Translations under genes and position numbers: made by a program
NCBI GenBank assembly: GCA_964556165.1
Contig: CAZKVH010000002.1
Span: forward strand, 32,616 to 96,615
Direction: 5' to 3'
DNA from: an uncultured Actinomycetota bacterium
GTDB lineage: Bacteria; Actinomycetota; Humimicrobiia; Humimicrobiales; Humimicrobiaceae
Length of the DNA: 64,000 bases
Shown here: piece by piece, positions 19,225-27,964 of the stretch
How positions within the stretch are numbered: the first letter of the stretch is position 1
Layout of the letters: every line of letters starts with the position of its first letter
The notes under the pieces: generated by a model
Told to the model about the DNA's origin: nothing
The model's database searches: none
Seen by the model: the letters and a program-made list of their open reading frames with translations, nothing else

Positions 19225-20778
19225 ATGGTAGTGGAAAATGTAAAAAATAAGGTCTTCGTTTTTGATACAACTCTGCGTGACGGGGAACAGTCTCCGGGGA
19301 TTCATCTTAATACCAGGGAAAAATTAGAGATAGCGCAGCAGCTTGCTAAATTAAATGTAGATATTATAGAAGCGGGTTTTCCAATTTCATCAAGAAGTGA
19401 TTTTATTTCTGTGAAAGAAATATCGGCTAAAATTAGAGACAGAAGAATTGCAGCTCTGGCAAGAGCCAATTTTAAGGATATAGATGCTGCAGGCGAGGCA
19501 CTAAAAGGTGCCACCTGGCCGGTGATACACACATTTATCTCATCATCAGATATTCATCTTAAATACCAGCTCAAAAAAAGCAGGGAAGAAGTACTTGAGC
19601 TTGCATCTGAAGCAGTGAAGAGAAGCCTTAAATATACCGATATGGTTGAGTTCTCGGCTATGGATGCAACAAGAAGTGATCGCATATTTCTCTGCAAGCT
19701 TTTTGAGGCCGCTATTAAGAGTGGAGCTAAAGTTATAAATATCCCGGATACAGTTGGATATATTCTCCCGGACGAATTTGGAGAAATGATAGACTATATT
19801 TTCGAAAATACTGCAGGAATCGAAAATGTGACAGTAAGTGTCCATTGCCATGATGACCTGGGCCTTGCAGTTGCTAACTCTCTTGCTGCAATTAAGCATG
19901 GCGCGAGACAGGTAGAATGTGCGGTGAATGGTATCGGTGAAAGGGCAGGCAATGCGTCTCTTGAAGAAGTTGTAATGATTATTGATACCCGGAAAAAAGA
20001 TCTGGGTCTGCATACTGATATAAATATTGGCGAGATTATAAGAACAAGCGGTATTGTAAAATCATTAACGGGCTACATTATACCGCCAAATAAAGCGATA
20101 GTAGGTAAGAATGCTTTTAGCCACGAAGCGGGGATACATCAGGATGGTATGCTAAAAGATAGGTCTACTTATGAAATAATAAAGCCGGAAGATATTGGCT
20201 TAAAGTCATCAGAGTTAATACTTGGCAAGCATTCGGGAAGACATGCATTTTCAGAGAGGCTTAAAGACCTGGGCATACAACTGGACGATAAAAATCTTGA
20301 GAAGGCTTTTGAGAAGTTTAAGAACCTTGCAGAAAAAAAGGGAGCACTTAATGACCAGGATATAAAAGCAATAGTTGAGAATGAAATAAGAGAGGTCAAC
20401 GAATATTTATTACTTAAATATTACAGAGTTCAAAGTGGCTCGGATGTTAAAGCAAGCTCTTCTGTAGGAATAGAAATAAATGGCAAACTTTATGAGGGAA
20501 CATCAGCAGGAGATGGGCAGGTTGATGCTTCATTTAAAGCTATCGATAAGATAACTGGCATGAAAATAAAATTAGTTGAATATAATATAGAAGCTGTTTC
20601 TGGAGGGAGAGACGCTCTGGGCTCGGTTAAAATAGTTGTCAGCAGTAACGGTATAGAAGTTATGGGTAGCGGTATAAGCACGGATATTGTTGAGGCGAGC
20701 ATAAAGGCATATGTAAGTGCCATGAACAGAATTATGGAAACAAAAGGCAGCCTTGGTTCTCAGGATTCAGCCTCGTAA
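19225..20778 (+). CDS. leuA: 2-isopropylmalate synthase
   Basis: 517 aa. The N-terminal motif is VFDTTLRDGEQSPG. A HxH metal site (VHCHDDLGLAVANSLAA) and a C-terminal LeuA dimerisation/regulatory domain are present. Confidence 0.85.
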   Translation: MVVENVKNKVFVFDTTLRDGEQSPGIHLNTREKLEIAQQLAKLNVDIIEAGFPISSRSDFISVKEISAKIRDRRIAALARANFKDIDAAGEALKGATWPVIHTFISSSDIHLKYQLKKSREEVLELASEAVKRSLKYTDMVEFSAMDATRSDRIFLCKLFEAAIKSGAKVINIPDTVGYILPDEFGEMIDYIFENTAGIENVTVSVHCHDDLGLAVANSLAAIKHGARQVECAVNGIGERAGNASLEEVVMIIDTRKKDLGLHTDINIGEIIRTSGIVKSLTGYIIPPNKAIVGKNAFSHEAGIHQDGMLKDRSTYEIIKPEDIGLKSSELILGKHSGRHAFSERLKDLGIQLDDKNLEKAFEKFKNLAEKKGALNDQDIKAIVENEIREVNEYLLLKYYRVQSGSDVKASSSVGIEINGKLYEGTSAGDGQVDASFKAIDKITGMKIKLVEYNIEAVSGGRDALGSVKIVVSSNGIEVMGSGISTDIVEASIKAYVSAMNRIMETKGSLGSQDSAS

Positions 20779-20823
20779 TTTTAAATGGAGATTGGTAAAT
20801 GATTTTGGAAGGAATTATTTAAA

Positions 20824-22101
20824 ATGAGCAGTAAAAACAAAGCGCAGACAATGGCGCAAAAAATACTTGCGTACCATTGTGAAAGAGATTATGTTTCGGA
20901 AGGCGAGATAATAGAAGTGGACGTGGATGTGGTGCTCGGAAATGATATAACCATGCCTATTGCTATTAAGGAATTTGAAAAAATAGGAGTGGATGAGATA
21001 TTTGATAGAGAAAAGGTTGTTATAGTGCCCGACCACTTTACTCCAAATAAAGATATAAAATCTGCCCAGCAGTGTAAATTTATAAGAGAGTTTGCACGAA
21101 AGCATAATATAAAGAATTATTTCGAAGTTGGTAGGCTGGGTATTGAGCACGCGCTTCTACCTGAATTGGGTCTGGTGCTGCCGGGTGATCTTGTAATAGG
21201 GGCTGATTCTCACACATGTACTTATGGAGCTCTTGGAGCGGCATCGACAGGGGTCGGGAGCACAGACGTGGCTGTAGCAATGGCTACAGGTAAAGCATGG
21301 CTTATGGTTCCCGGCACTATAAAGTTTGTATATACTGGAAAATTAAAAAAGTGGATAACAGGCAAGGATCTGATTTTATATACTATTGGTTTGATAGGAG
21401 TTGACGGTGCTCTTTACAGGTCTATGGAATTCAGCGGACCATCAATAGACGAAATCTCTATGGATTCCAGATTTACTATGGCTAATATGGCAATAGAAGC
21501 TGGAGGAAAGTTTGGATTATTTGGAGTTGATAATAAGACAATAGAGTTTGTAGAGCCAAGAGCCAAAAGGGAATATAAATCTTTTTCCAGTGATTCTGAT
21601 GCTGAATATGAAAGAGTATATAATATAGATTGCTCTAATATAGATTTACAGGTAGCAGCTCCTTATCTTCCATCAAATGCTGTAAATGCAAGAGATTTAA
21701 AGGATGTTAAAGTTGACCAGGTTGTGATAGGTTCCTGTACAAATGGGAGGATTGAGGATTTTAGAATTGCAGCGGAAATTTTAAAAAACAAGAAAGTAAA
21801 TGACAACCTGAGAACTATAATAATTCCCGCAACTCAGAATATATATCTCGAATCTGTTAAGAGGGGTTATGTTGAAATTTTTATTGAATCCGGCTGTGCA
21901 GTAAGCACACCTACCTGCGGTCCATGCCTTGGAGGCCATATGGGGGTGCTGGCAGAAGGTGAGGTAGCAGTATCAACCACTAATAGAAACTTCGTTGGAA
22001 GGATGGGGCATCCTGAAAGTAAGGTCTACCTGAGCGGGCCTGCTGTAGCAGCTGCCACAGCAGTAGCAGGAAGGATAGCAATACCTGAGGAGGTTATATA
22101 A
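20824..22101 (+). CDS. leuC: 3-isopropylmalate dehydratase large subunit (short LeuC/aconitase-family type)
   Basis: 425 aa. The three aconitase-family Cys ligands are present (GSCTNGR ... CGPCLG), and leuD lies immediately downstream. Confidence 0.85.
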   Translation: MSSKNKAQTMAQKILAYHCERDYVSEGEIIEVDVDVVLGNDITMPIAIKEFEKIGVDEIFDREKVVIVPDHFTPNKDIKSAQQCKFIREFARKHNIKNYFEVGRLGIEHALLPELGLVLPGDLVIGADSHTCTYGALGAASTGVGSTDVAVAMATGKAWLMVPGTIKFVYTGKLKKWITGKDLILYTIGLIGVDGALYRSMEFSGPSIDEISMDSRFTMANMAIEAGGKFGLFGVDNKTIEFVEPRAKREYKSFSSDSDAEYERVYNIDCSNIDLQVAAPYLPSNAVNARDLKDVKVDQVVIGSCTNGRIEDFRIAAEILKNKKVNDNLRTIIIPATQNIYLESVKRGYVEIFIESGCAVSTPTCGPCLGGHMGVLAEGEVAVSTTNRNFVGRMGHPESKVYLSGPAVAAATAVAGRIAIPEEVI

Positions 22102-22601
22102 TGATTATAAGAGATAGTGTTATAAAATATGGCAATAATATAGATACTGATGTTATTATACCGGCAAGATACTTAAACACAGCAGATGAAAGAGAGCTGG
22201 CTTCCCACTGTTTCGAGGACCTGGATAGAGGTTTTCCGGAAAAGGTAAAGACAAGAAAAATAATAGTTGCAGGGAGTAATTTTGGTTGCGGATCATCCAG
22301 GGAGCATGCTCCGATATCAATAAAGGCAAGCGGAATAAAAGCTGTAATAGCCGATTCGTTTGCGAGGATTTTCTTCAGGAACGCTATAAATATAGGGCTT
22401 CCGGTTATTACAGGTAGGGAGGCAAGCATGTTTATAGAGGATGGAGATGAGCTTGAAATTGATTTAAGCATGGGAATAATCAGGGATATCACAAAGGATA
22501 AATCCTTTGAGGTAAAGCCACTCCCTGATTTTGTACAGGGGATAATAAAAAGTGGTGGTTATATAAATTTTACCAGGGAAAGTATAAAAAAAGGCAATTA
22601 A
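22101..22601 (+). CDS. leuD: 3-isopropylmalate dehydratase small subunit
   Basis: 166 aa LeuD/aconitase swivel domain (GSNFGCGSSREHAP). It is start/stop coupled to leuC. Confidence 0.85.
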   Translation: MIIRDSVIKYGNNIDTDVIIPARYLNTADERELASHCFEDLDRGFPEKVKTRKIIVAGSNFGCGSSREHAPISIKASGIKAVIADSFARIFFRNAINIGLPVITGREASMFIEDGDELEIDLSMGIIRDITKDKSFEVKPLPDFVQGIIKSGGYINFTRESIKKGN

Positions 22602-22762
22602 AGAAATAAGTAATAAATAAATTTTGAAAAGGTTGTAATTAATAGTTTTATAGAGTTCTTCAGGCGGAGGAAAATTTTTAAAAAAACGAGTAGAATTTTA
22701 ATAAATTTTAAATATGCCGGTTATTTTAAGTATTATAAAATGAGTAAATTAGGGTGGATAAA

Positions 22763-24358
22763 ATGAAAAGCGAATTAAGGGATAATGATAGAATATATGT
22801 GCTGGATACTACTTTAAGGGACGGTTCCCAGAGAGCTGATATATCTTTTTCGGTTAATGATAAATTACAGCTTATAGAAAGATTTGATGATGTCGGAATA
22901 GATTATATAGAAGTTGGGTTTCCTTACTCCAATCCCAAAGAAATGGAATTGTTTGAAAAACTAAAAAGCAGAAAATTCCAGTATTCAAAGATAGTAGCAT
23001 TTGGAAGGACAAGACATAAAGACACCAAAGTGGAGGATGATAATAACATAAAACAATTAGTTCAGTCAGGGACAGATGCTGTATGTGTTGTGGGAAAATC
23101 ATCTATAATTCATATTGAGAAAGTAATAGGAACCAATATTGAAAATAATCTTAGCATGATTTTTGACTCCATCGAATATTTAAAAGGGTATTTTCCGGAA
23201 ATTATTTTTGATGCGGAACATTTTTTTGATGGCTTTAAAGAGAACTCAAAATATGCAATTGAAACATTAAAAGTGGCAGCCGAAGCAGGAGCAGACTATT
23301 TAGCACTCTGTGACACAAATGGAGGAACTCTACCAAATGAGGTTATAGAAATAATTGATAAAGTTAGAAAGACAGTCAGGGCAGACATAGGAGTACATTT
23401 TCATAATGATAATGGCTGTGGAGTGGCAAATACCATAATAGCTGTTCAAAAAGGAGCGAAGATGATTCATGGGACGATAAATGGTTACGGGGAAAGATGC
23501 GGCAATGCAGACCTTTGCCAGATTATTCCGAACCTTGAGATAAAGTTAAATAAACGTTGTCTTAAGGAAGGGAGCCTGAAACATTTGACCAGTCTTTCAA
23601 GATTCGTAAGTGAGACCGCGAATCAGATTGCAAATCCGAGCCAGCCATTTGTTGGACGTAATGCCTTTACTCATAAAGGAGGCATGCATGTGGATGGTGT
23701 AAGCAAGCTTTCAAAGGCATTTGAACATATGGATCCGGCTGTTATAGGGAATACAAGAAAAATTCTCATTTCTGAACTTTCCGGAAAAAAATCTATCATT
23801 ATTAAAGCAAAGGAATTTGGAATTAACCTTGAAGATGATATGGAAAAAGTGAGTGAAATATTAAATAAGATTCAGAATATGGAGCATAAGGGTTACCAGT
23901 TTGAAGCGGCAGACGGTAGTTTCGAACTAATTGTCAGGGAAGCTGCGGGGATAAAAAAGAAATTTTTTAAACTGGAAAGTTTCAGGGTTTTGAATGAGAA
24001 AAAGGAAGATGGCAGTATGATGTCTGAAGCAACTGTGAAGGTTTATATAAAGGGTAACAGGATAATTGAAACTGCCGAGGGAAATGGACCGGTTAACGCT
24101 CTTGACAGAGCTTTAAGAAAAGCGATTGGGAGTTGTTATCCTGTACTAAAAAAGATAACCCTTACAGACTTTAAGGTTAGAGTTTTAAATGAAAAAAAGG
24201 GTACAGGAGCAGTAGTAAGAGTTTTAATCGAATCGACAGATGGCGCAGGAAGCTGGGGGACTATAGGAGTATCTGAAAATATAATAGAAGCAAGCTGGCA
24301 GGCATTAGAAGATAGTGTTATTTTTGGGCTAATGCATGCCGAAGGGGACGAAGAATAG
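22763..24358 (+). CDS. cimA: LeuA-family paralog, probably (R)-citramalate synthase
   Basis: About 531 aa. The motif YVLDTTLRDGSQ is present, with the HxH metal site VHFHNDNG and a C-terminal LeuA-dimer domain. It is a second LeuA-family gene placed directly after leuCD. The ATG at 22763 (RBS AGGGTGG) is preferred over the in-frame GTG at 22754. Confidence 0.55.
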   Translation: MKSELRDNDRIYVLDTTLRDGSQRADISFSVNDKLQLIERFDDVGIDYIEVGFPYSNPKEMELFEKLKSRKFQYSKIVAFGRTRHKDTKVEDDNNIKQLVQSGTDAVCVVGKSSIIHIEKVIGTNIENNLSMIFDSIEYLKGYFPEIIFDAEHFFDGFKENSKYAIETLKVAAEAGADYLALCDTNGGTLPNEVIEIIDKVRKTVRADIGVHFHNDNGCGVANTIIAVQKGAKMIHGTINGYGERCGNADLCQIIPNLEIKLNKRCLKEGSLKHLTSLSRFVSETANQIANPSQPFVGRNAFTHKGGMHVDGVSKLSKAFEHMDPAVIGNTRKILISELSGKKSIIIKAKEFGINLEDDMEKVSEILNKIQNMEHKGYQFEAADGSFELIVREAAGIKKKFFKLESFRVLNEKKEDGSMMSEATVKVYIKGNRIIETAEGNGPVNALDRALRKAIGSCYPVLKKITLTDFKVRVLNEKKGTGAVVRVLIESTDGAGSWGTIGVSENIIEASWQALEDSVIFGLMHAEGDEE

Positions 24359-24415
24359 TTACATATTAATAAATGATATTGTCATTTTTAATAAAATTAT
24401 ATTAAGCTGTTATTG

Positions 24416-24841
24416 TTAATGAAGCTTCATGGCAATATGCTTTATATTTGCTTCCATAAAAGTATCTCCGTACTCTTTAAAACCAAGTTTTTTATAAAAT
24501 CCAGCTACTTCTAATTGTGAATTAAGCCTGATATCATCTATGGATGCTCTATGGGCTATGTTTATTAATTCCATACAGATTTTACTTCCATATCCTTTGT
24601 TTCTGTAACTTTTTTTAACAGCAACTCTGCCAATCTTTGCTATTTTATCTTTAATCACAAGTCTTCCATAACCAACGTATTCACCGGAATTTTCGTCAAT
24701 AGCTAGAACATGATTGGCAATTTCATCGTATTTATCTCTTTCAATCTCTACTGGAACGTTTTGTTCCCTTACGAATACTTCATAGCGGAGATTATATGCT
24801 TTATCAAGCAGATCTTTAGATTTCACCTCTACTATTTTCAT
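24416..24841 (-). CDS. GNAT-family N-acetyltransferase
   Basis: 141 aa. The acetyl-CoA-binding motif region is RVAVKKSYRNKGYGSKI. Confidence 0.7.
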   Translation of the reverse strand: MKIVEVKSKDLLDKAYNLRYEVFVREQNVPVEIERDKYDEIANHVLAIDENSGEYVGYGRLVIKDKIAKIGRVAVKKSYRNKGYGSKICMELINIAHRASIDDIRLNSQLEVAGFYKKLGFKEYGDTFMEANIKHIAMKLH

Positions 24842-25118
24842 TATATTGTATATGGTTTTTTATGTTTTCTTAAATATAAAAAAATATATTTTAAAGACTA
24901 ATTTTATACCAAAAATAAAAAAAGTTAAAAATGTCAGAAAAACTGTGGTTTTATTTGATGGATTAATAATTTCTGCGTTGTTTGTTTGTATTACTTTTTT
25001 TATATTTTCATTATATTCTTATATAATAAAATTAATTAAATCATAGCTCAAATTATTTTATAGATAATTAAAATCTAGAAAATATATTTTTTAACAATAA
25101 TTCAACCTGAAAGGGGGA

Positions 25119-25538
25119 ATGGTGGTCTACGGAAAGAAGATAAATTTATCTACCAGAGGATTTTCAGATATTAAAGATATAACAGTAGAAGTAAAGAAGA
25201 TAATAAGCAGCTCAGGAATAAAGGAAGGAATGGCAAATATTTTTGTAATTGGCTCTACCGCTTCGGTTTCAACAATAGAATATGAGCCCGCGCTTGTTGA
25301 GGATATGAAAGAGCAGCTTGAAGAATTTATTTCCAGCAGCAAGCGTACACGACATTCACAGACCTGGGGAGATGATAATGGGTTTTCGCATCTCAGGGCC
25401 ACATTTATGGGTCCCGGCATTACTGTTCCTGTATCGGGAGGTGCTCCGGTTCTGGGGACCTGGCAGCAGATAGTGGTTATTGACCATGATAACAGGCCGC
25501 GCTCGAGGGATATATTTGTACAGGTTATAGGAGACTAG
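25119..25538 (+). CDS. yjbQ: YjbQ/UPF0047-family protein (secondary thiamine-phosphate synthase-like)
   Basis: 139 aa. Conserved blocks INLSTRGFSDIKDIT and WGDDNGFSHLRATFMGPGITVPV resemble the YjbQ family. Confidence 0.65.
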   Translation: MVVYGKKINLSTRGFSDIKDITVEVKKIISSSGIKEGMANIFVIGSTASVSTIEYEPALVEDMKEQLEEFISSSKRTRHSQTWGDDNGFSHLRATFMGPGITVPVSGGAPVLGTWQQIVVIDHDNRPRSRDIFVQVIGD

Positions 25539-25602
25539 TTGCAGAAAGTTTGTGCAGTTTTATACTGATGGTTTCTTCCCCAAAAAATGCAGGTACTAAC
25601 GG

Positions 25603-27423
25603 TTAATTTCCTTCGTTTTCCAGTATCTCTATAAAGAGATTTGCTATTGCAGGGTCAAATTGTATGCCGCTGAATCTTTTAATCTCTCTTATTGCCTGCT
25701 TTTTTGTCATTTTCTTTCTATATGGTCTATCGGAAATCATAGCATTATAAGCATTAACAATAGATGATATTCTTGAGATAACTGGAATTTCTTCACCTTT
25801 TATGCCCCTGGGATATCCTTCCCCGTTGTACCATTCATGATGGGCGAGTATTGGTTCTGCTATAGTTTTTAGTTTCTGGGATGATTCTGCAATGCGATAA
25901 CCTATTACTGGAAGCTCTTTTATTATGTTCCACTCATCTTTTGTAAGTCTTCCTCTTTTGGACATTATCTCATCGGCAAGGGCTATTTTACCTATGTTGT
26001 GGAGATTTAAGAGAAGTTTTAACTCTTCAATTTTAATATTGGATAGATTTAATTTTCTTCCGAGGATTATTGCGTATCCCTCATTTTTTTCAGCCTCTCT
26101 TTCACCAGTAAGCCCTCTTTCTTTAAGACTATCTCTCAGAGACTCAATAAGACTTTCGTGGAAGTTCTTACTCTCTGAAATCTTATTTTTATACATCTTG
26201 TCTTCAGCTTTTTTAATAATATCCAGTATATTGCTTTTTGATGTTTTTTTTGTTGAAGCGCCAATGGAAATACTGAGCGGGATATCCTTTGTTGATCTTT
26301 TTTTGCAGAGGATTTTAATCCTTTTTATTATTTTATTTGTATCAGAAAGAGTAGTTCTGGGAAGAATTGCTATAAATTCATCTCCTCCCCATCTTGCTAT
26401 TATATCTTCTTCTCTAAAGGAGTCTTTTAAAATATCAGCTATTCTTTTTAAGAAGGTATCTCCATATGCGTGCCCGTATGCATCATTAATAAATTTTAAA
26501 CCATTAAGGTCTCCCATAACTATGGTCAGGGGAAGCTGTCTGGATGTGTCAAGTCTTTTTAGCTCTTCTTCAAAATAAGCTCTGTTGTAAAGATCTGTAA
26601 GTACATCGTGAAAGGAAAGGTACTCTACTTTTTCCTCTGCTTTTCTCCTGTCAGTTATGTCTCTTGTAATGCCAAGTATACCTATTATGTTATCATTCTC
26701 GTCATACCAGGGAACTTTTGTTGCTGCGACCCATTTCTTTTCTTTGCCTTCGAAAACTTCTTCTTTCTCATATTCTATAAGGGGTTTGCCTGTTTTTATT
26801 ATATGTTGTTCGCCATCATATCTTGGTTTTGCATATTCTCTGGAAAAGAAATCGAAATCAGTTTTGCCGATTGCATCTTCAGTAGACTCCAATCCGAATT
26901 TATCAGCAAGAGCTCTGTTTATTAAAACAAATCTGCTTTTTTTATCTTTAAAATAAATTGAATCGGGTATATTGTCCATAAGAGCATTAAAGAAATTTCT
27001 CTGTCTGGTAAGAAGGTAACTGTTTCTGGGATCTTCCATCCCTGTAATATTTCTGGATATGCAAATAGTTCCTATTATGTTCCCTTTATTGTCATACCAG
27101 GGTGAAATATCACTGGATAAAAGAATCTCCTCACCGGAGCGTAAAACTTTTTCTAATACATTTGAAACTGGTTTACCGTTTCTAATGACATTTTCCTCGT
27201 TTTGTTTGTGCACAACTGCTTTTTCTTCAGAGAAAATGTCAAAATCTGTCTTTCCGGGAAATTCATAAGGTTTTTTTCCATGAAAATCTGCTTTTGCTTT
27301 GTTGACGATAACAAACATGTTGTTTTTATCTTTGATGTGAAAATGTACCGGAATGCTATCAATTATTGTTCTTAAATCGTGATTGGTTCCAGAATAATCA
27401 ATAAATTTGTTTTGCTTATTCAT
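25603..27423 (-). CDS. Cyclic-di-GMP signalling protein: tandem PAS domains, a GGDEF diguanylate cyclase and an HD-GYP phosphodiesterase
   Basis: 606 aa. Two PAS-like modules are followed by a GGDEF domain with an intact RWGGDEFIAIL motif and an HD-GYP domain (ILAHHEW ... NGEGYPRG). Confidence 0.8.
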   Translation of the reverse strand: MNKQNKFIDYSGTNHDLRTIIDSIPVHFHIKDKNNMFVIVNKAKADFHGKKPYEFPGKTDFDIFSEEKAVVHKQNEENVIRNGKPVSNVLEKVLRSGEEILLSSDISPWYDNKGNIIGTICISRNITGMEDPRNSYLLTRQRNFFNALMDNIPDSIYFKDKKSRFVLINRALADKFGLESTEDAIGKTDFDFFSREYAKPRYDGEQHIIKTGKPLIEYEKEEVFEGKEKKWVAATKVPWYDENDNIIGILGITRDITDRRKAEEKVEYLSFHDVLTDLYNRAYFEEELKRLDTSRQLPLTIVMGDLNGLKFINDAYGHAYGDTFLKRIADILKDSFREEDIIARWGGDEFIAILPRTTLSDTNKIIKRIKILCKKRSTKDIPLSISIGASTKKTSKSNILDIIKKAEDKMYKNKISESKNFHESLIESLRDSLKERGLTGEREAEKNEGYAIILGRKLNLSNIKIEELKLLLNLHNIGKIALADEIMSKRGRLTKDEWNIIKELPVIGYRIAESSQKLKTIAEPILAHHEWYNGEGYPRGIKGEEIPVISRISSIVNAYNAMISDRPYRKKMTKKQAIREIKRFSGIQFDPAIANLFIEILENEGN

Positions 27424-27964
27424 TTTTTGACCTTATGTAGATTTTTTTATATATATATTTATACAATTATATAAAAATAAAAGATAATTTTAAAATCATA
27501 ATATATATGTGAGTGAATTTATAGGTTAAACAGGAGTATTTCTTTTATGGTTTATAAAGAGGCTTAAATGGCGGGTAATTTGAAAATATCTTCAATTGTG
27601 GTATTTTATTGATATTGATAATAATATAAATGAATTAATAAAAACATTAATTAATGGTTTTAAGAAAGGAAAAATAAAGCAAAAGGATATAATTTAGAGG
27701 ATAAAAGAAATTTATTTTGAGGATATATGTTTCGTAAAAGTTGACAAACATTGTACCTTAAGAAAAGGATTTTCTGAAGTAATATAAGGGGCATGAAAAG
27801 CCCCGAACAGATTGAATAAATTACAAAAAGAATATCAAGGCACTATTCAGTAATTTTAATAACCCGGGCTTTGATTGAGACTTATGATATAATAAAAAAA
27901 ATAAAAAATATAATTTTTTATTCATATTATAGTAATAGAAATAAATAAAAATTAGTAAAATATT

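Noticed and set aside
22748-22765. AATTAGGGTGG resembling the T-box AGGGTGGNACCGCG core, upstream of cimA.
   Set aside because: The ACCGCG half is absent. The element is 2-8 nt from the start codon and is simply the RBS. No specifier, antiterminator or terminator context is present.
24710-25046. Two overlapping AT-rich ORFs (63 and 66 aa) in the GNAT/yjbQ spacer.
   Set aside because: They have extreme AT content, Ile/Phe/Lys/Tyr-rich low-complexity translations and no RBS. I checked whether this was a GNAT-toxin antitoxin partner and found no convincing small ORF on the correct (minus) strand.
25925-27268. Plus-strand ORFs (217, 105, 99 and 69 aa) inside the minus-strand PAS-GGDEF-HD-GYP gene.
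   Set aside because: They are Ser/Leu/Phe-rich low-complexity antisense translations of a supported gene.
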